Notes under the pieces: model-generated | The model's database searches: none | The model's input: the letters and a program-made list of their open reading frames with translations, nothing else | Told to the model about the DNA's origin: nothing | Assembly (NCBI RefSeq): GCF_004010195.1 | Contig: NC_057731.1 | Coordinates: forward strand, 19,955,899-20,019,898 | Source: Chiloscyllium plagiosum | Lineage: Eukaryota | Reading direction: 5' to 3' | DNA: 64,000 bases | Translations under genes and position numbers: made by a program | Shown: piece by piece, positions 26,000-38,160 of the stretch | Numbering within the stretch: position 1 is the stretch's first letter | Layout of the letters: every line of letters starts with the position of its first letter

Positions 26000-26900
26000 T
26001 ACACAGCAGAGGCCTTTTGGAACAACCTAGCCATATGATAATAACCCTTCTTCATCTAATCAACATGTCTGTATATTCCTTTTTCTCTCATCTAACTCGT
26101 TTAAATGAATTCACGAACTGTCCTCAGAACTCCATGTGTGGTTGAAGCAACATTCTATGCAACATTAAGCTAAATTCTCTATTCTTTAATTCTATCACTC
26201 TAAAGATAATCCAGTGGGATTTTTAAAATTGTTTGATTAAGCTGTGTGACTACCTTTTAGTGTTTTGGGCATTTGCAGTCCAGGATCTCTCATCCATTCT
26301 CCTCTGTGAGATCCTTTTTTTCCCAAGGAGTATGTGACTTCCTTATTCTCCCTGCCAATCTACTACCTCACACTTGTTGAACATATTAAGATACAACTAC
26401 ATTATTGTTCTGCAAGCTTATTAATATCTTTGTATCTTACCCGGTTTTCTCTTCATTAAATGTATTCCCAATTGGTAACACTTGTAAACTTGAAGTTGCA
26501 CTTCCAATGCCTGAATAAAAATCAATTAAATAGATAGTCAGAGGTTCCCAGCATCCAATGCCATTTCCCATCTCTTGCTCATCTGAGGGACTATCTTTAA
26601 TCACTTCTGTCTAATTGCTGTTTGGTAACCAATTAGTCTGTTTTTTTCATTGCTCCTCATAGCTCTATTTTTCTGTTTTTTTTGAAGGAGAAAAACTTTC
26701 ACAATTATATTTTCTCTAACATGTTGCAGTAGTATAATTAGTGGCTTAATGTTTTCAAACTTCAATTCCCATAACATCAATAAGGTAAAGAAGGCCATAC
26801 AAAAGGAAGGTGGTCTATGTTTCACCCACTTCCTTGGCCCAGATTCTTTATGCTGATTTTTGGAAAAGGTTTTGAGGATGTTCACTGATTAATACTTCAT
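26000..26900 (-). mobile_element. very old CR1 remnant
   Basis: Reverse strand FNKCEVV...RDPG resembles CR1 FNVDKCEV...RDLG; CR1-like tail near 26000. Confidence 0.5.
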
Positions 26901-28217
26901 TTGAAAACTTCCAATTCCTATCAAATACCTTCAATTTGTTTCAGTGTACGGGTGATTTATTTAAGGACACAGCTCTTTCAGTTTTTTTGTGCAATTAGGT
27001 GCAAATGGAACTTAAAGGACTGGTGCGTAGTCTTTGCAAGAACTTCCAAGTTGCTCACATTCATGCAACTGACTGGAAACATTGTTTACTAAGATCTGCT
27101 CAGATTGGAAGTTGATTTGACTTAGTGGAAATAGTCATTTAGCCATACAGAACTTGAACATTGCTGAAAATAGCTTTCCATCATGCACTCATCAAGACAA
27201 TTTGCAATACCAATGTAAGGAGAAACTAAGATTTATATTGCATGAAAGAATTAGTTTTTGGTTGATTCATATTACACTTTCACCCTGGTTGATAGAGGCC
27301 ACAGCACAGTTAAAGCACCAGGTAATGATAACTGACAGCTTACTGCTAAGCTGTGTTTAAATTTTAAAACAGGCAGTTTGACTCTGGTCAAGTCATTGCC
27401 CAGTGAAATGAACTAGTGAATGACTGTCACCTGTTTTGAGTTGAAACAAGCACAGTGCATGTACGTGTTCTTTCTGCCTGCAAACCCAGAAGGGAAAAAA
27501 ACAGAAAAACTTGCAAATGTCAGATGCTGGTCAAATTTATTTTGTATGCCTCAGAACAGTGGTCCAATTCAACTACTATCTTCATTTCCAAGTATTCCTG
27601 TTTTCTTTTACTAGTATTTCCTTCTGGAAAGCCTTCTAGCTTAAGAGTGTCTGAATGTCATATTGAAAAAGATTAAATTGAGTCACGTCTACTAGATTAA
27701 TAGACACTTACATTGTTTAGAATCATTGTTTAATTTATTCAACTTACCTGTTTAGTCATTATTATTCAAGTTTGTTTTGTTCAAGTTTGTATATTAAAGA
27801 TTCTTTGGTGTTTGAATTTATTCCTCTGGTCCTGCCACTCATTTTGTTACTCTTGGCTCTTCCAATTGTTTTGTTCTTTAAGTGAAATGGGGTCTAACAA
27901 GCTCTATACACTTAGTAAATATCCAGCTTGTCCAGCATTCTCAACTGGGATAATATCATTTACTAATGTTCAATTTGATAACCAACTCAAAATGTTCTAT
28001 AAAGATATGCAAGGATTTGGGAAACTAGAAACTGACAAATCTAGTTTGCAAATTTAAAAAAAAATACAGCATTGTGTCATCTTCACTTCACATCCATTAA
28101 CCTAACCTGAATTAAATATTAACTTTATTGAATCTCTATTGAGTAACCAAATGAATGATATTGTTATGAAGATGTTTTATATTTCATTCTTGGAGAGGTT
28201 AAGCTTTGAAAGACTAT

Positions 28218-28948
28218 TGTTATGACATGGGGTAAACCCCTCTGCTAATTTAAAGCAGCCCCACAGAAAAAAGTTCACCTCATTCCATAATCTGTTAAAA
28301 TTTGAGAGGCAAAGAACTATCCCAGAGGTCACTAAAGTAAAAATTAACAATTTTATTCTTTAAGTCCAACAGAGAATATTAAAACCAACAACTATTTACA
28401 ACTCCTTTCTAGTAAATCTATCTTTTACCTCCCACTCCACAATACTAATCCAAATAAAAAATCCCAATTATGATTTTCAAAAAAAATTATGTTTCAAAAC
28501 CAGTCAGCTTTGCTAATTCTCCTTTGTCGATTTTCCTCTGTTGATTCTCTCCATTTCGGCCTCTAAGTTCTGCTGCCCAGACTCCCCACAGACAGGTAAC
28601 TGTCAGAGAGCTCTTCAGCTAGTAGTCTACATTTGTTGATCTTTGGATGTGCTTCCCCTAACTGTTTAAACTGTCTTGTTTTATACCCCGAAACAACAGA
28701 TCATTTCTTGGTTTTAATATTATCAAAATACTAAATTCAAATTTGATTTGAATTTTGGTATCTTGGGGCATAATTTAAACTGGTTGGCTGAATTTGAATT
28801 TGTCTTGTTTCATGACAACCCAGCTGCTGCTATTTGTTTCAACCAACTGTTACATTATTATCTTGTTTAGAACTCTTTGTACTTTGTCAGTCCTTGCTAA
28901 CTTTTCAACTCACTTAAAGGCACAGTACACCTCTACACCTTCATAACA
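28218..28948 (-). mobile_element. solo LTR (gypsy-type)
   Basis: TGTTATG...CATAACA perfect 7-bp inverted termini; flanks CTAT/TTAT; colinear homologue at 35304-36032. Orientation inferred from AATAAA on the minus strand. Confidence 0.85.
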
Positions 28949-29819
28949 TTATGAAAATTGATTTATTTCATTGTTTTATGAAGACTCCTGTCATGATTTA
29001 TTTTTTTAAGTAGAAAGGCCACTGCGAATGCCAGAATTTTATTCACAAGAATTCCAAGGAATCGCATGACTGGTGATAACTGTTTGTACTACTTGTTTAA
29101 GTGGACTGGATACGAGACTCCTGAGGTATTTTGCAACTAGTTGGAAAATAAGCTGTTGGCGAAGAGAGACCCAGCTGATTAGTTTGTTTCTGAGAGGAGT
29201 TCAGGGTGAAATCTATTTTTCTCCTGAAGAAACGTCTCAGTATTGCATTTTCTGAGTGAGCTGTATCTGCCAAGGCTTCAGAGATACCATACATGGATTA
29301 TGATGACTGCATGTTTTGGAACTTCAGAAAGGCAGACTTTGGAGCATTCAACATTTTATTCTTTTTGATTTCAAGGATAACTATAATGACATGAAATTTT
29401 ATTTAAAGTGAGTTTCTGCAGAAAGAAATCCATTTTTCCAATTTTGCCAAAGACCATGTTTTGGGTTACACAGAGGAATAAACATTTATACATCCGTATT
29501 ACTGGCTGTGCTTGTTACTGCAACATCAATTAATACATTTTGTTTTGATAATGAACCAGTAATTACATTAATTAAAGTAAGCTACTGATAAAACATTTAT
29601 TTTACAAACTGGATATAGATAAGATATGTAATTGTCATTTTTGGTAACTAGGAAATGGATTTTTAATTTTTCATTATAACGTATGGAGTAATGTGATAGA
29701 GCAGCAGTGCACTTCTCAAACCTCAGTTATCAGTGTTTTAAGAACATCTGCAAAATGTGAGCTAACACATCTTCTAATTGGATAAAACTTATCTCATCAA
29801 ACTAAAGGAATTATCACAT

Positions 29820-30125
29820 CGCAACTCTTGGAAAATGCCATGTTTTTCCTTGAGCTTACTCTGACCTTCTTTGAAACAGTGTTGGAGGCCAAGGAGGGGC
29901 TAGTGTGAGAGTGGTATGGGGAATTAAAATGACAGGGAACTCAGGAGTCAGGCTTCAGAGCTAAGCATATATATTCTGCAAAGTAATCACCCAATCTGTA
30001 TATGCAGAGAAGATTTCCTTTATCTTCAAAAACAATTATATTAAGTTGTTTGAAATGCAAGTAAATCTTTTTCTCACCTGGAAGGGATGTTTGGACCATT
30101 GGTTGGTAAGAAGACAGGTATTGCA
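29820..30125 (-). mobile_element. old Penelope-like GIY-YIG remnant
   Basis: RLGDYFAEY and LGLQHCFKEGQSKLKEKHGIF resemble LGLLHRQTTATRRLEEECLIF of the copy at 53200-53270. Confidence 0.7.
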
Positions 30126-30611
30126 ATGCCTAGTTTTATGCTTTCACATTTGATTCAAAGGAAGTCACACTTAATTTCATTAAGGACTGAATCTGTAGAA
30201 GAGAATGGCTGAAACTAGGCAGAGTGGAGTCAATGAGCTTTGCCTGATGCCCCAGAAAACCATAAGGAACAGAATCTACATGAAAATGAGTGAATAGAGT
30301 GAAACACAGCACATTGTAAAGCTGTTTAGAAGTTCAGGCTGGGTAAATATCCACCTTGATTCTGTTAACTCTTGTTTGAAGACTTGGGTCATGTCCAATT
30401 AGGATTGCTAAACCGAATCAGGACTCCAATGTCTGTTATAAAAGGACATCCTATGACTGGAATGCCTGAAAGATTTATTTACCAAGGTCAGTGTGTGTCA
30501 AAGATCAGATATGAGTTGGGTTTCATAAGTGATGAAAGATAAAGAAACAGATGATAAGATGAATGGGAGTACCATGTAGAGTTCTCCAAACATCCATACT
30601 GTTTCTAGCTA

Positions 30612-31070
30612 CTGGTGGATCAGTGGGTGACACTGCTTCCTCACAATGTCAGGGACCTGGGTTTGATTAAAGCCTTGGATAACTGTCTGTATGGAGCTTA
30701 CACATTCTCTCCATAAGTTTTCACTGGGTGCTCCAATTTCCTCCCACTATTCAAAGATGTGCAGGTAGTGGGGAATGGTCGTGCTAATTTGTCCAAAGGG
30801 ATGGGTATCCCTGATGAAGGGCTTTTGCCCGAAATGTCGATTTTCCTGCTCCTTGGATGCTGCCTAACCTGCTATGATTTTTCAGCACCACTCTAATCTT
30901 GACTCTGATCTCCAGCATCTGCAGTCCAGACTTCCGCCTATGTGTAGGTTAGGTGGATCAGCCATGGTAAATGAGTGGTTAATGGAATAGGGAAGGATGG
31001 TCTTCAGAGGGTCGATGCAGACGTAATGGGTAAAATCATCTCCTTCCTTAATGCAGAGATTATTTGACTT
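30612..31070 (+). mobile_element. older HE1 SINE interrupted by a Penelope terminal fragment (about 30804-30940)
   Basis: Head cactgcttcctcacaatgtcagggacctgggtttgatt, V-domain, and tail cagagggtcgatgcagac. Confidence 0.8.
30811..30838 (+). ncRNA. minimal type I hammerhead ribozyme motif (Penelope-associated)
   Basis: CTGATGA-a-GGGC tttt GCCC-GAAA-T-GTC: both conserved core boxes, 4-bp stem II, and a GUC triplet. Confidence 0.7.
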
Positions 31071-31232
31071 TGATTCTAAATGTTGTGGATTTAAAATATC
31101 AGTGTATGGTAGTTAAATTCCATTTAGCACCCAGACGGAGGAATTGAAGACACAATTTAGAGGTTATATATAAATTCTTATGATTCAGCTATGTACACAC
31201 CTGAATGCATCTGTAGCAAATTAAATTCTGTA

Positions 31233-31525
31233 CAGAACCTGGGGTCACCAATTTAAGATGTTGGGCAAGAGTTGCAGATTGAATGTGAGGAGAAGCCTTT
31301 TCAAGCAGTGAGTGCGAATGACATGGTACTTCTATTCAGCAAGGTGCTGGAGGTGGAGTTGATCAATCATTTTAAATGGAAATTAAATGAGCACTTGAGG
31401 AAAATAAACTCATTTGGCTCTGGGGATAAAGTGTCAGAATGGAACTGGCTGGATTACTCCACTGAGATCCCGCATGGACTCAGTCGCGAAATGGTCCCCT
31501 CCTTTCCAAATTCTTTTATTCAATA
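31233..31525 (+). mobile_element. old CR1 3' fragment
   Basis: TWGHQFKMLG...KVLEVELINHFKWKLNEHL...VSEWN, a CR1 ORF2 end. Confidence 0.65.
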
Positions 31526-31594
31526 ACTTTATAGATACATAATACTGGCATTTTGAACTAAAGATAGAAGCTATGTGTACTCCCTGGGAGTAAT

Positions 31595-32097
31595 TAGAGT
31601 TATAGAGCCATAGAGATGTACAGCATGGAAACAGATCCTTCAGTCCAACTCGCCCATGCTGACGAGATATCCTAAATTAATCTAGTCCCATTTGCCAGCA
31701 CTTGGTCCATATCCCTCTAAAATCTTCCTTTTCATATACCCATCCTGATGCCTTTTAAATGTTCTAATTGTACCAGCCTCCACCATTTCATCTGGCAGAT
31801 CTTCCTTATACGCACCACCCTCTGCATGAAAACAATTGCCCTTAGATCCCTTTTAAATCTTTCCTCTCTCACCCTAAACCTATGCCCTCAAGTTCTGGAC
31901 TCCCCCACCCCAGGGAAAAGACCTTAACTATTTACCCTATTCATGCCCCTCATGATTTTATAAACCTCTATAAGGTCACCCTTCAGCCTCCGCTCCAGGG
32001 AAAACAGCCCCAGCCTGTTCAGCCTCCTTATAGCTCAAACCTACCAGCCCTGGCAACATCCTTATAATTTTTTTCTGAACCCTTTCAGATTTCACAA
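31595..32097 (-). mobile_element. HER1-type CR1 3' fragment
   Basis: Near reverse complement of 22480-22973 and 48638-49092. Confidence 0.92.
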
Positions 32098-33224
32098 GAA
32101 AGAATGGACAATTCCATGAGAGTTAGACCACAGAAACAGATTCCTAGCAAGAAATTGCTACTACCAATGACAAATTTATGTAACACATTATTGCAAAGAA
32201 TTAATATTAGGTCAAGCAACAGAGTGAAAGATATGACATATCAAAAAGCAGAATCACACATTTGAACTACAGCTATAACAATATAATATCATTATTATAT
32301 TCTATATCAATGATCATATGACTTCAAACATCAATGTATTGTAAATCATTATCTCAAAGTGCAAGATAAAGCAGCTCTTAGGAAGGGAGTTGCAGAAAGT
32401 TGATCCAGTGGCTCTGAAGGAACCAAATGGCTTCACTTCAGTGATTCAGAGTTGGTCTGCAACCACCATTATGTATGTCCATGCAAGATTCCCAGGGAGC
32501 TGCCAGGATATTTTTATCTTCCATCAGCTGAGTTAGCATGAGACATTCAGTCTTTAAACCAGTATGAGTGCATGACTCCTTGAAGAAGATGATTACATTC
32601 CAAAGATGTGAAACTTGTCAGGAGCCTAAACGTTGTCATGCAGGAAAGTTACAACAGACACTACATAAGCATAACAGAGTGAATAATTGTACAATCATTT
32701 GGTATCTGATTATTTTCACTGTTATTGTTGATATAGAATATTATAGCAATATTGTATTGTTTTGGGTCTAGTTTAAATGGGTGATTCTGTTTTTTTAATA
32801 TGCCAATTTTTTCACTCCTTTGCTTGATTTAACACATTCTTACAAAGCTTTGGTATTATGCAAATTTGGCCAAAGTTGTGACTCAGGTGGCTAGGCACTT
32901 TCAAATGGGCAACAGCTAGAATTTCTAAAATGTTAGCATTTTGCCCTGTCATTTGCAATATTGCACATCAATGAGGACTGGAGTTCCAGCAAGAAGAGAT
33001 TGAGGAACATTCTGTCTTTTTGGAAAATGGAGACGACCAAAAGCACAAGGGAGGTGTAATGTGGCAAGGGCAGCGTTTGTCACATACCTAACTGTAAAAA
33101 GTGGCTGTGATTCAGGAACATGTCAGTTAAACTGAGGATCTTATGCAGCAATGGGGGTATCTGCCCACAAAGCTGTTAACAGGCCCTGCAGTCTTCCACA
33201 GGGATCTCCTCATCTCAGTTCCAA

Positions 33225-33520
33225 AGCCTATGCTATATATTACACTCTGATTCCTTGTTCTGGACTTCCCAGTCATCAGGATCACCCTTCCTGCAATTAT
33301 CCTGTCTAGTCCTGTTTGAATTTAATAGGCATCTATGAGATCTCCTTCCCCTCTTTATTTTAAACTCCAGTGAATAGAGTCCTACCTGATCCAGTTTACC
33401 TTCATATATTAGTCCTGCCAAGCCAGGTCTCAGTCTGGTAAAGCTTTGCTCTACTCCCTCCATAGCCAGAACATCCTTCATCAGATAAGCAGACCAAAAC
33501 TGCTCACAAAACTCCAGCAA
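33225..33520 (-). mobile_element. CR1 fragment
   Basis: LEFCEQFWSAYLMKDVLAMEGVEQSFTRLRPG...LYSLEF. Confidence 0.85.
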
Positions 33521-35303
33521 TCTGAGTTTTTGCAATTCACATTTGGGCAAGTACAATTTTTAAAATTTATCTGGTAATGGTGCCCCAAAATTGCTTTAAT
33601 TACTTCTGACTTGCCTGCTTTAGATTTCAAACTGCATGCTATCGATAAAATGGAATATGGGAAGGAAGCCTAAGGCTCTTAATTTAACAGGAAATAACTT
33701 CAGACAGCCTTGCATGACATCATAAGAAGGTCCTCACTACTTTGGCAAGTATCCAAGGGCAATAATTTCACAAGTACTGTTTTCTGTTGTGAACCATTCA
33801 TCTGTATTTTAGCTAAGAATTAGGCATTGTTTAATCCCATTCTTTGTCTTAACGAAGAGTCAACATCTGGGGCAAAAATGCCAAGCCCAGGTTTCTGGAA
33901 CAACTGAGACCATCAAAGTAAAACTTTATTAAAAGCATTAAAAGGAACACAAAACAATTCAAAATATAAACTTGATAGTTGTAAAAAAGGCAACTTATTT
34001 TGAACGTTCCCAGTTTTATGTCTAAACTTTATTCTTGATACTAGTTTAACTCTAATCTGTAGGGCGATGCTGCCTGGTGGCCAGGTTTTGCAATTACAGA
34101 CATCAAAGATTTCCATTATAAATCTGAGCTTAGAAATTTATAATGGAAAAAGTTAGCTCAGAAATGGAATGAAACAGTGACAGCAAGTTCATGAATACAG
34201 GAAATGCATGTAGATGCAATAAGCTATTGATTGTCTTTTAGGCATGATCAGACTCTTCAATTTAAGAAAAAGTTGCAATTGCAATTTTCACAACACTAAA
34301 AAAAAATATTGACAATTGCTCATTTGACATTATTTAAAACCAGTAACCATTACAGTATTTTAAATCATTTCATGGGTGATGTGGAAAAATTAAAATCGAT
34401 ACCCCATTTGTGTCATAATGGTATTGCATCAACTAGCTCAACAAAAGAAGTCCAGTCCTCTCAGACAATGAGATAGGTTTGTATTAGTTATTTGAAAATA
34501 ATAATTATTGTTTTCTGTTACTATTGAAAAGATAGTACACTACCTCAACAAATTCAAATGTTTTGAAATTCACATTTTCTGTCTTTGTTCAAAATTAATT
34601 TGTCTATATATTGAGAATGCTCTTTTATTAAAAATAAATTATAATTGCCTTTAAATTGTCACACGGTTTGCAGTTTATATTTCAAAGTAGATGCTGGTCA
34701 ATTTTCACTGAAAGTGCACTACGAAATAAAAAGTTGAAGAATCAATTTCAGTTTCTTTTTACAGTCAAATTTATTTGATTTTGTATAACTTCACATAATC
34801 TGTTTATAGGCCTAACTCGAGAACTCACTGCAAGTGCATTATGGGAAAAAAAATCAGCAAAAGACAATGTATGTGGCGGAGGAGCTGCAATTGTCAAACT
34901 TCCCATGTATTGAGATGTTTATTAATTTTTGGCTCAAAGTACATTTTTCTTCTCTCACATTTTAAGAAAGGCTTGCATGTGTCAATAATCTTTACTTATT
35001 GGGGTTATATTTGACATAAACGTCCAGTTACTGATCATGTCAGTCACACAAATCAAATGGGACTGATGAAGTTGCATATCATACTCCACTGCTGGTTAAC
35101 TGACAACACCAAATTGCCATTCTGTGTGAAGTATTGTCATGCACTTTAAGTGAGCTGTGTTTTTAACCAGATGAAAACTGTCCAGAATAGAATATGGTCA
35201 TTAAATGACAAATTACATTTTCAACGATTACAGTACCACTGGCAATCAAAAGAGGAGAAATCTGATAACTAAAAACTGAAATAACTGCAGATGCTGTAAA
35301 TCA

Positions 35304-36032
35304 TGTTATGACATCTTATAAACCGCTATGCTAATTTTAAACCTTACACACAGACAAGCTCAGTTTGGGCTGTAATCTGTTAAATTTTGAGAGGCAAGGA
35401 ACTATCGCAGAGGTCACTATTTGAAGTAAAAAATAACAATTTTATTCTTTAAGTCCAACAGAATATCAAAACCAACAACTATTTACAACTCCTTTCTCTT
35501 AAGCCTATCTTTTACCTCCCACTCTACAATATTGGTCCGATAAAAACCCCAATTAAGATTTACCAAAAAAATTCAAATTTCAAAACCAGCCAGCTGTCAA
35601 ATCTTCTCTTTGTATCTTCCTCTGCCATCTTTTCTTCAGTATTCTGCTTCACAGGTCTTTCATATGAACAGGTACCGTTTGGAGCTATTCGGCTAGCAGT
35701 CTATACTTGTTGGTTTGGCAGTTCTCTTTGGCAGTTCTCCTCCTATCTGTTCAAAATGTCTGGTCTTATACCCAAAAACATCAACTCATTTCATTGGTTT
35801 GACGTCATCAAAACACAATATTCAAATTCAATTGGATTTTGGTATCTGGGGCATGATTTAAAATGATAGGCCAAATTTGGATTTTTTTATTCCACGGCAA
35901 CACACTTCCAGCCATTTGTTTCCACCAAGTGTTACATTTTTACCTTGTTCAGGGTCCTCTGTGCTTTCAGTTAGTCCTTGGTAGCTTCCTCTTTCACATA
36001 AAGGTACAGTACACCTCTACATCTACATAACA
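35304..36032 (-). mobile_element. solo LTR (gypsy-type) with ATCA TSD
   Basis: ATCA|TGTTATG...CATAACA|ATCA. Same family as 28218-28948; inserted into a Penelope-associated terminal repeat. Confidence 0.9.
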
Positions 36033-36040
36033 ATCAGAAA

Positions 36041-36199
36041 CAAAAACAGAAGTTGCTGGAAAAACTCAGCAGGTCTGGCAGCATCTGTGAAGAGAAATCA
36101 GAGTTAATATTTCAGGTCACCGGATCCGAAATGTTAACTTTGATTTCTCTTCACAGACGCTGCCAGACTTGCTGAATTTTTCATCAACTTTTGCTCTTG
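36041..36199. repeat. foldback (inverted) Penelope-associated terminal repeat
   Basis: About 73-bp arms at 36041-36113 and 36128-36199, e.g. ctgtgaagagaaatca / tgatttctcttcacag. Confidence 0.85.
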
Positions 36200-37329
36200 A
36201 AGCTTAATAATTAGTCTAATCACTCGTTTCTATGCCCGAACTCACTCCATTCAATTCTATTTCCTTCTTTGCTCTCACTTTCTCAATCACAGCTTATTAA
36301 ATATCTGAGTTTCACTGTTTGAATTCTGCCTCTCATGAGTATGTCTTGCTAAAATTCTCAAACACTGCACAATGCTCAGGCTGTTTTGGCAATGGTTTGA
36401 AACATTCTGAACAGTATTTCAAACCATTGAACTAAATGTTTCACTTTGGCATATACTCCATGAGGTACCTTGGGTTTAGCACTTGCTTCTCCAAAATTGA
36501 CACTTTGTGATCTGAATTACTGACATAAATGGATTACTCATGATCATGCACTGATCATCGTATAAACATGCTGCTTTAATTTAAATCTGTTTCAATTGCT
36601 GTCTTATCAGCTTTAGGGTGATGTCCCTATTAGAATTACAATGTGCAACGAGCCAATTATCCAGATGTTATTACACGATCGCAAGCCACAGGTTCTTGGC
36701 TATTGAGCACTTTCGACACAAGCTGTGATTGGAGGTTACTCTGTATGGGATATATTAGTCTGGCTAATCCATTAGTCTAGCTAAACAGAATCCATGTACC
36801 TGACCTCAGTTAAACTAATAGCTACCAAGTGAAAATTAGGAACATGGCAAATTGTACAGTATCTATGAATATTTTCTTCATTGCTAGATTCCAGGAGTCT
36901 CCAACACAGAAGCCATCTAGAGCTAAGAGGATACATTTTAATCCCATCAGGGTAGAAATAGAGTTTCTGATCAATATATTGGGGCTATTAATTTTCAACT
37001 AATATAACTAAGGCCTAAGTCTAAAGCAAGCACGCTTTATGTCTGTAGTCAGCAATTGCTGTCATTGATCCTCTGAAACTGACAGCATCTTCTGATGACC
37101 ACATGTGCAATCAGTGATTTATAGACCCTAATACTTTTCAGTTACGCCTGACCCGATCAGTCAAGAAACTGTTCATTTACCTCTCAAATTTCAAAGGATC
37201 CAAACATCTGATGTGAAGAACCTGAATAACGACCTTACTGCAAAGATCCATGTGAAGGTGATCAATGCAGAAGGGCACACTCACCTTTTACAGCACTAGC
37301 CACCTTGTGGTTTAACTCTTTAAAAATGT

Positions 37330-38160
37330 TTTCATACAAGGGATGTGGTTGTCGCTGGCTGGCCAACATTTATTACCCAGTTACCCTTGAGAAGTGGTGT
37401 CTTCTTGAACCGCTGCAGAACACATGTTGTAGGTTGACTCACATGCCCTTATGAAAGGAATTCAAGAATTTTGACACAGCAACAGTGAAGGAAGTTTCCA
37501 AGTCAGGATGGTGAGTGGCTTAGAGAGGAACTTGCAGGTGGAGATGTTCCCATGTGTCTACTGCACTTGTCTCTCTAGATGCAAGTTAGCATGAGTCTGA
37601 GGATCTTTGGTAAATTTCTGCAAAGCATCTCATAGATAGTACACACTGCTGCAACTGAGTGTTGGTCGTGGAGGGAGTGGATGCTAATGGATGTGGTGCC
37701 AATCAAGTGAGTTGCTTTGTCCTAGACAGTGTCAAGCTTGTTGTGCATTGTTGGAGCTGCACGTATCCAGGCAAGTGGGAAATAACTCATCACACTCTCG
37801 ACTTGTCTAGTGCAGATGGTGGTCAGGCTTTAGGGACTCAGCAGTGAGTTATTTGCCACAGCATTCCTAACCTCTGACCTGCTCTGTCACCACTGTGTTT
37901 ATGTGGAAAGTCCAGTTGAGTTTCTGGTCAAAGTAACACCAAGAATTTTGAGAATGGGGGATATGGCATTGGCAAGACTTATTGAAGATGGTCATTGTCT
38001 AGCATTTGTGTGGTGCGAACGTTACTTGCCACTTTTAAGTGTGGATATTATTATCTAGATTCGGTTGCATTTGAACATGGACTGCTTCAGTATCTGAGGA
38101 GATGTGAATGGTGCGGAAAATTGTGCAACATTGGCAAACATCCCTATTTCCAACCTCTTA
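37330..38160 (-). mobile_element. LINE-B 3' portion
   Basis: Tail gggatgtggttgtcgctggctggccaacatttatt; colinear with 20880-21226 plus 21796-22080 once the CR1 insert is removed. Confidence 0.85.
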
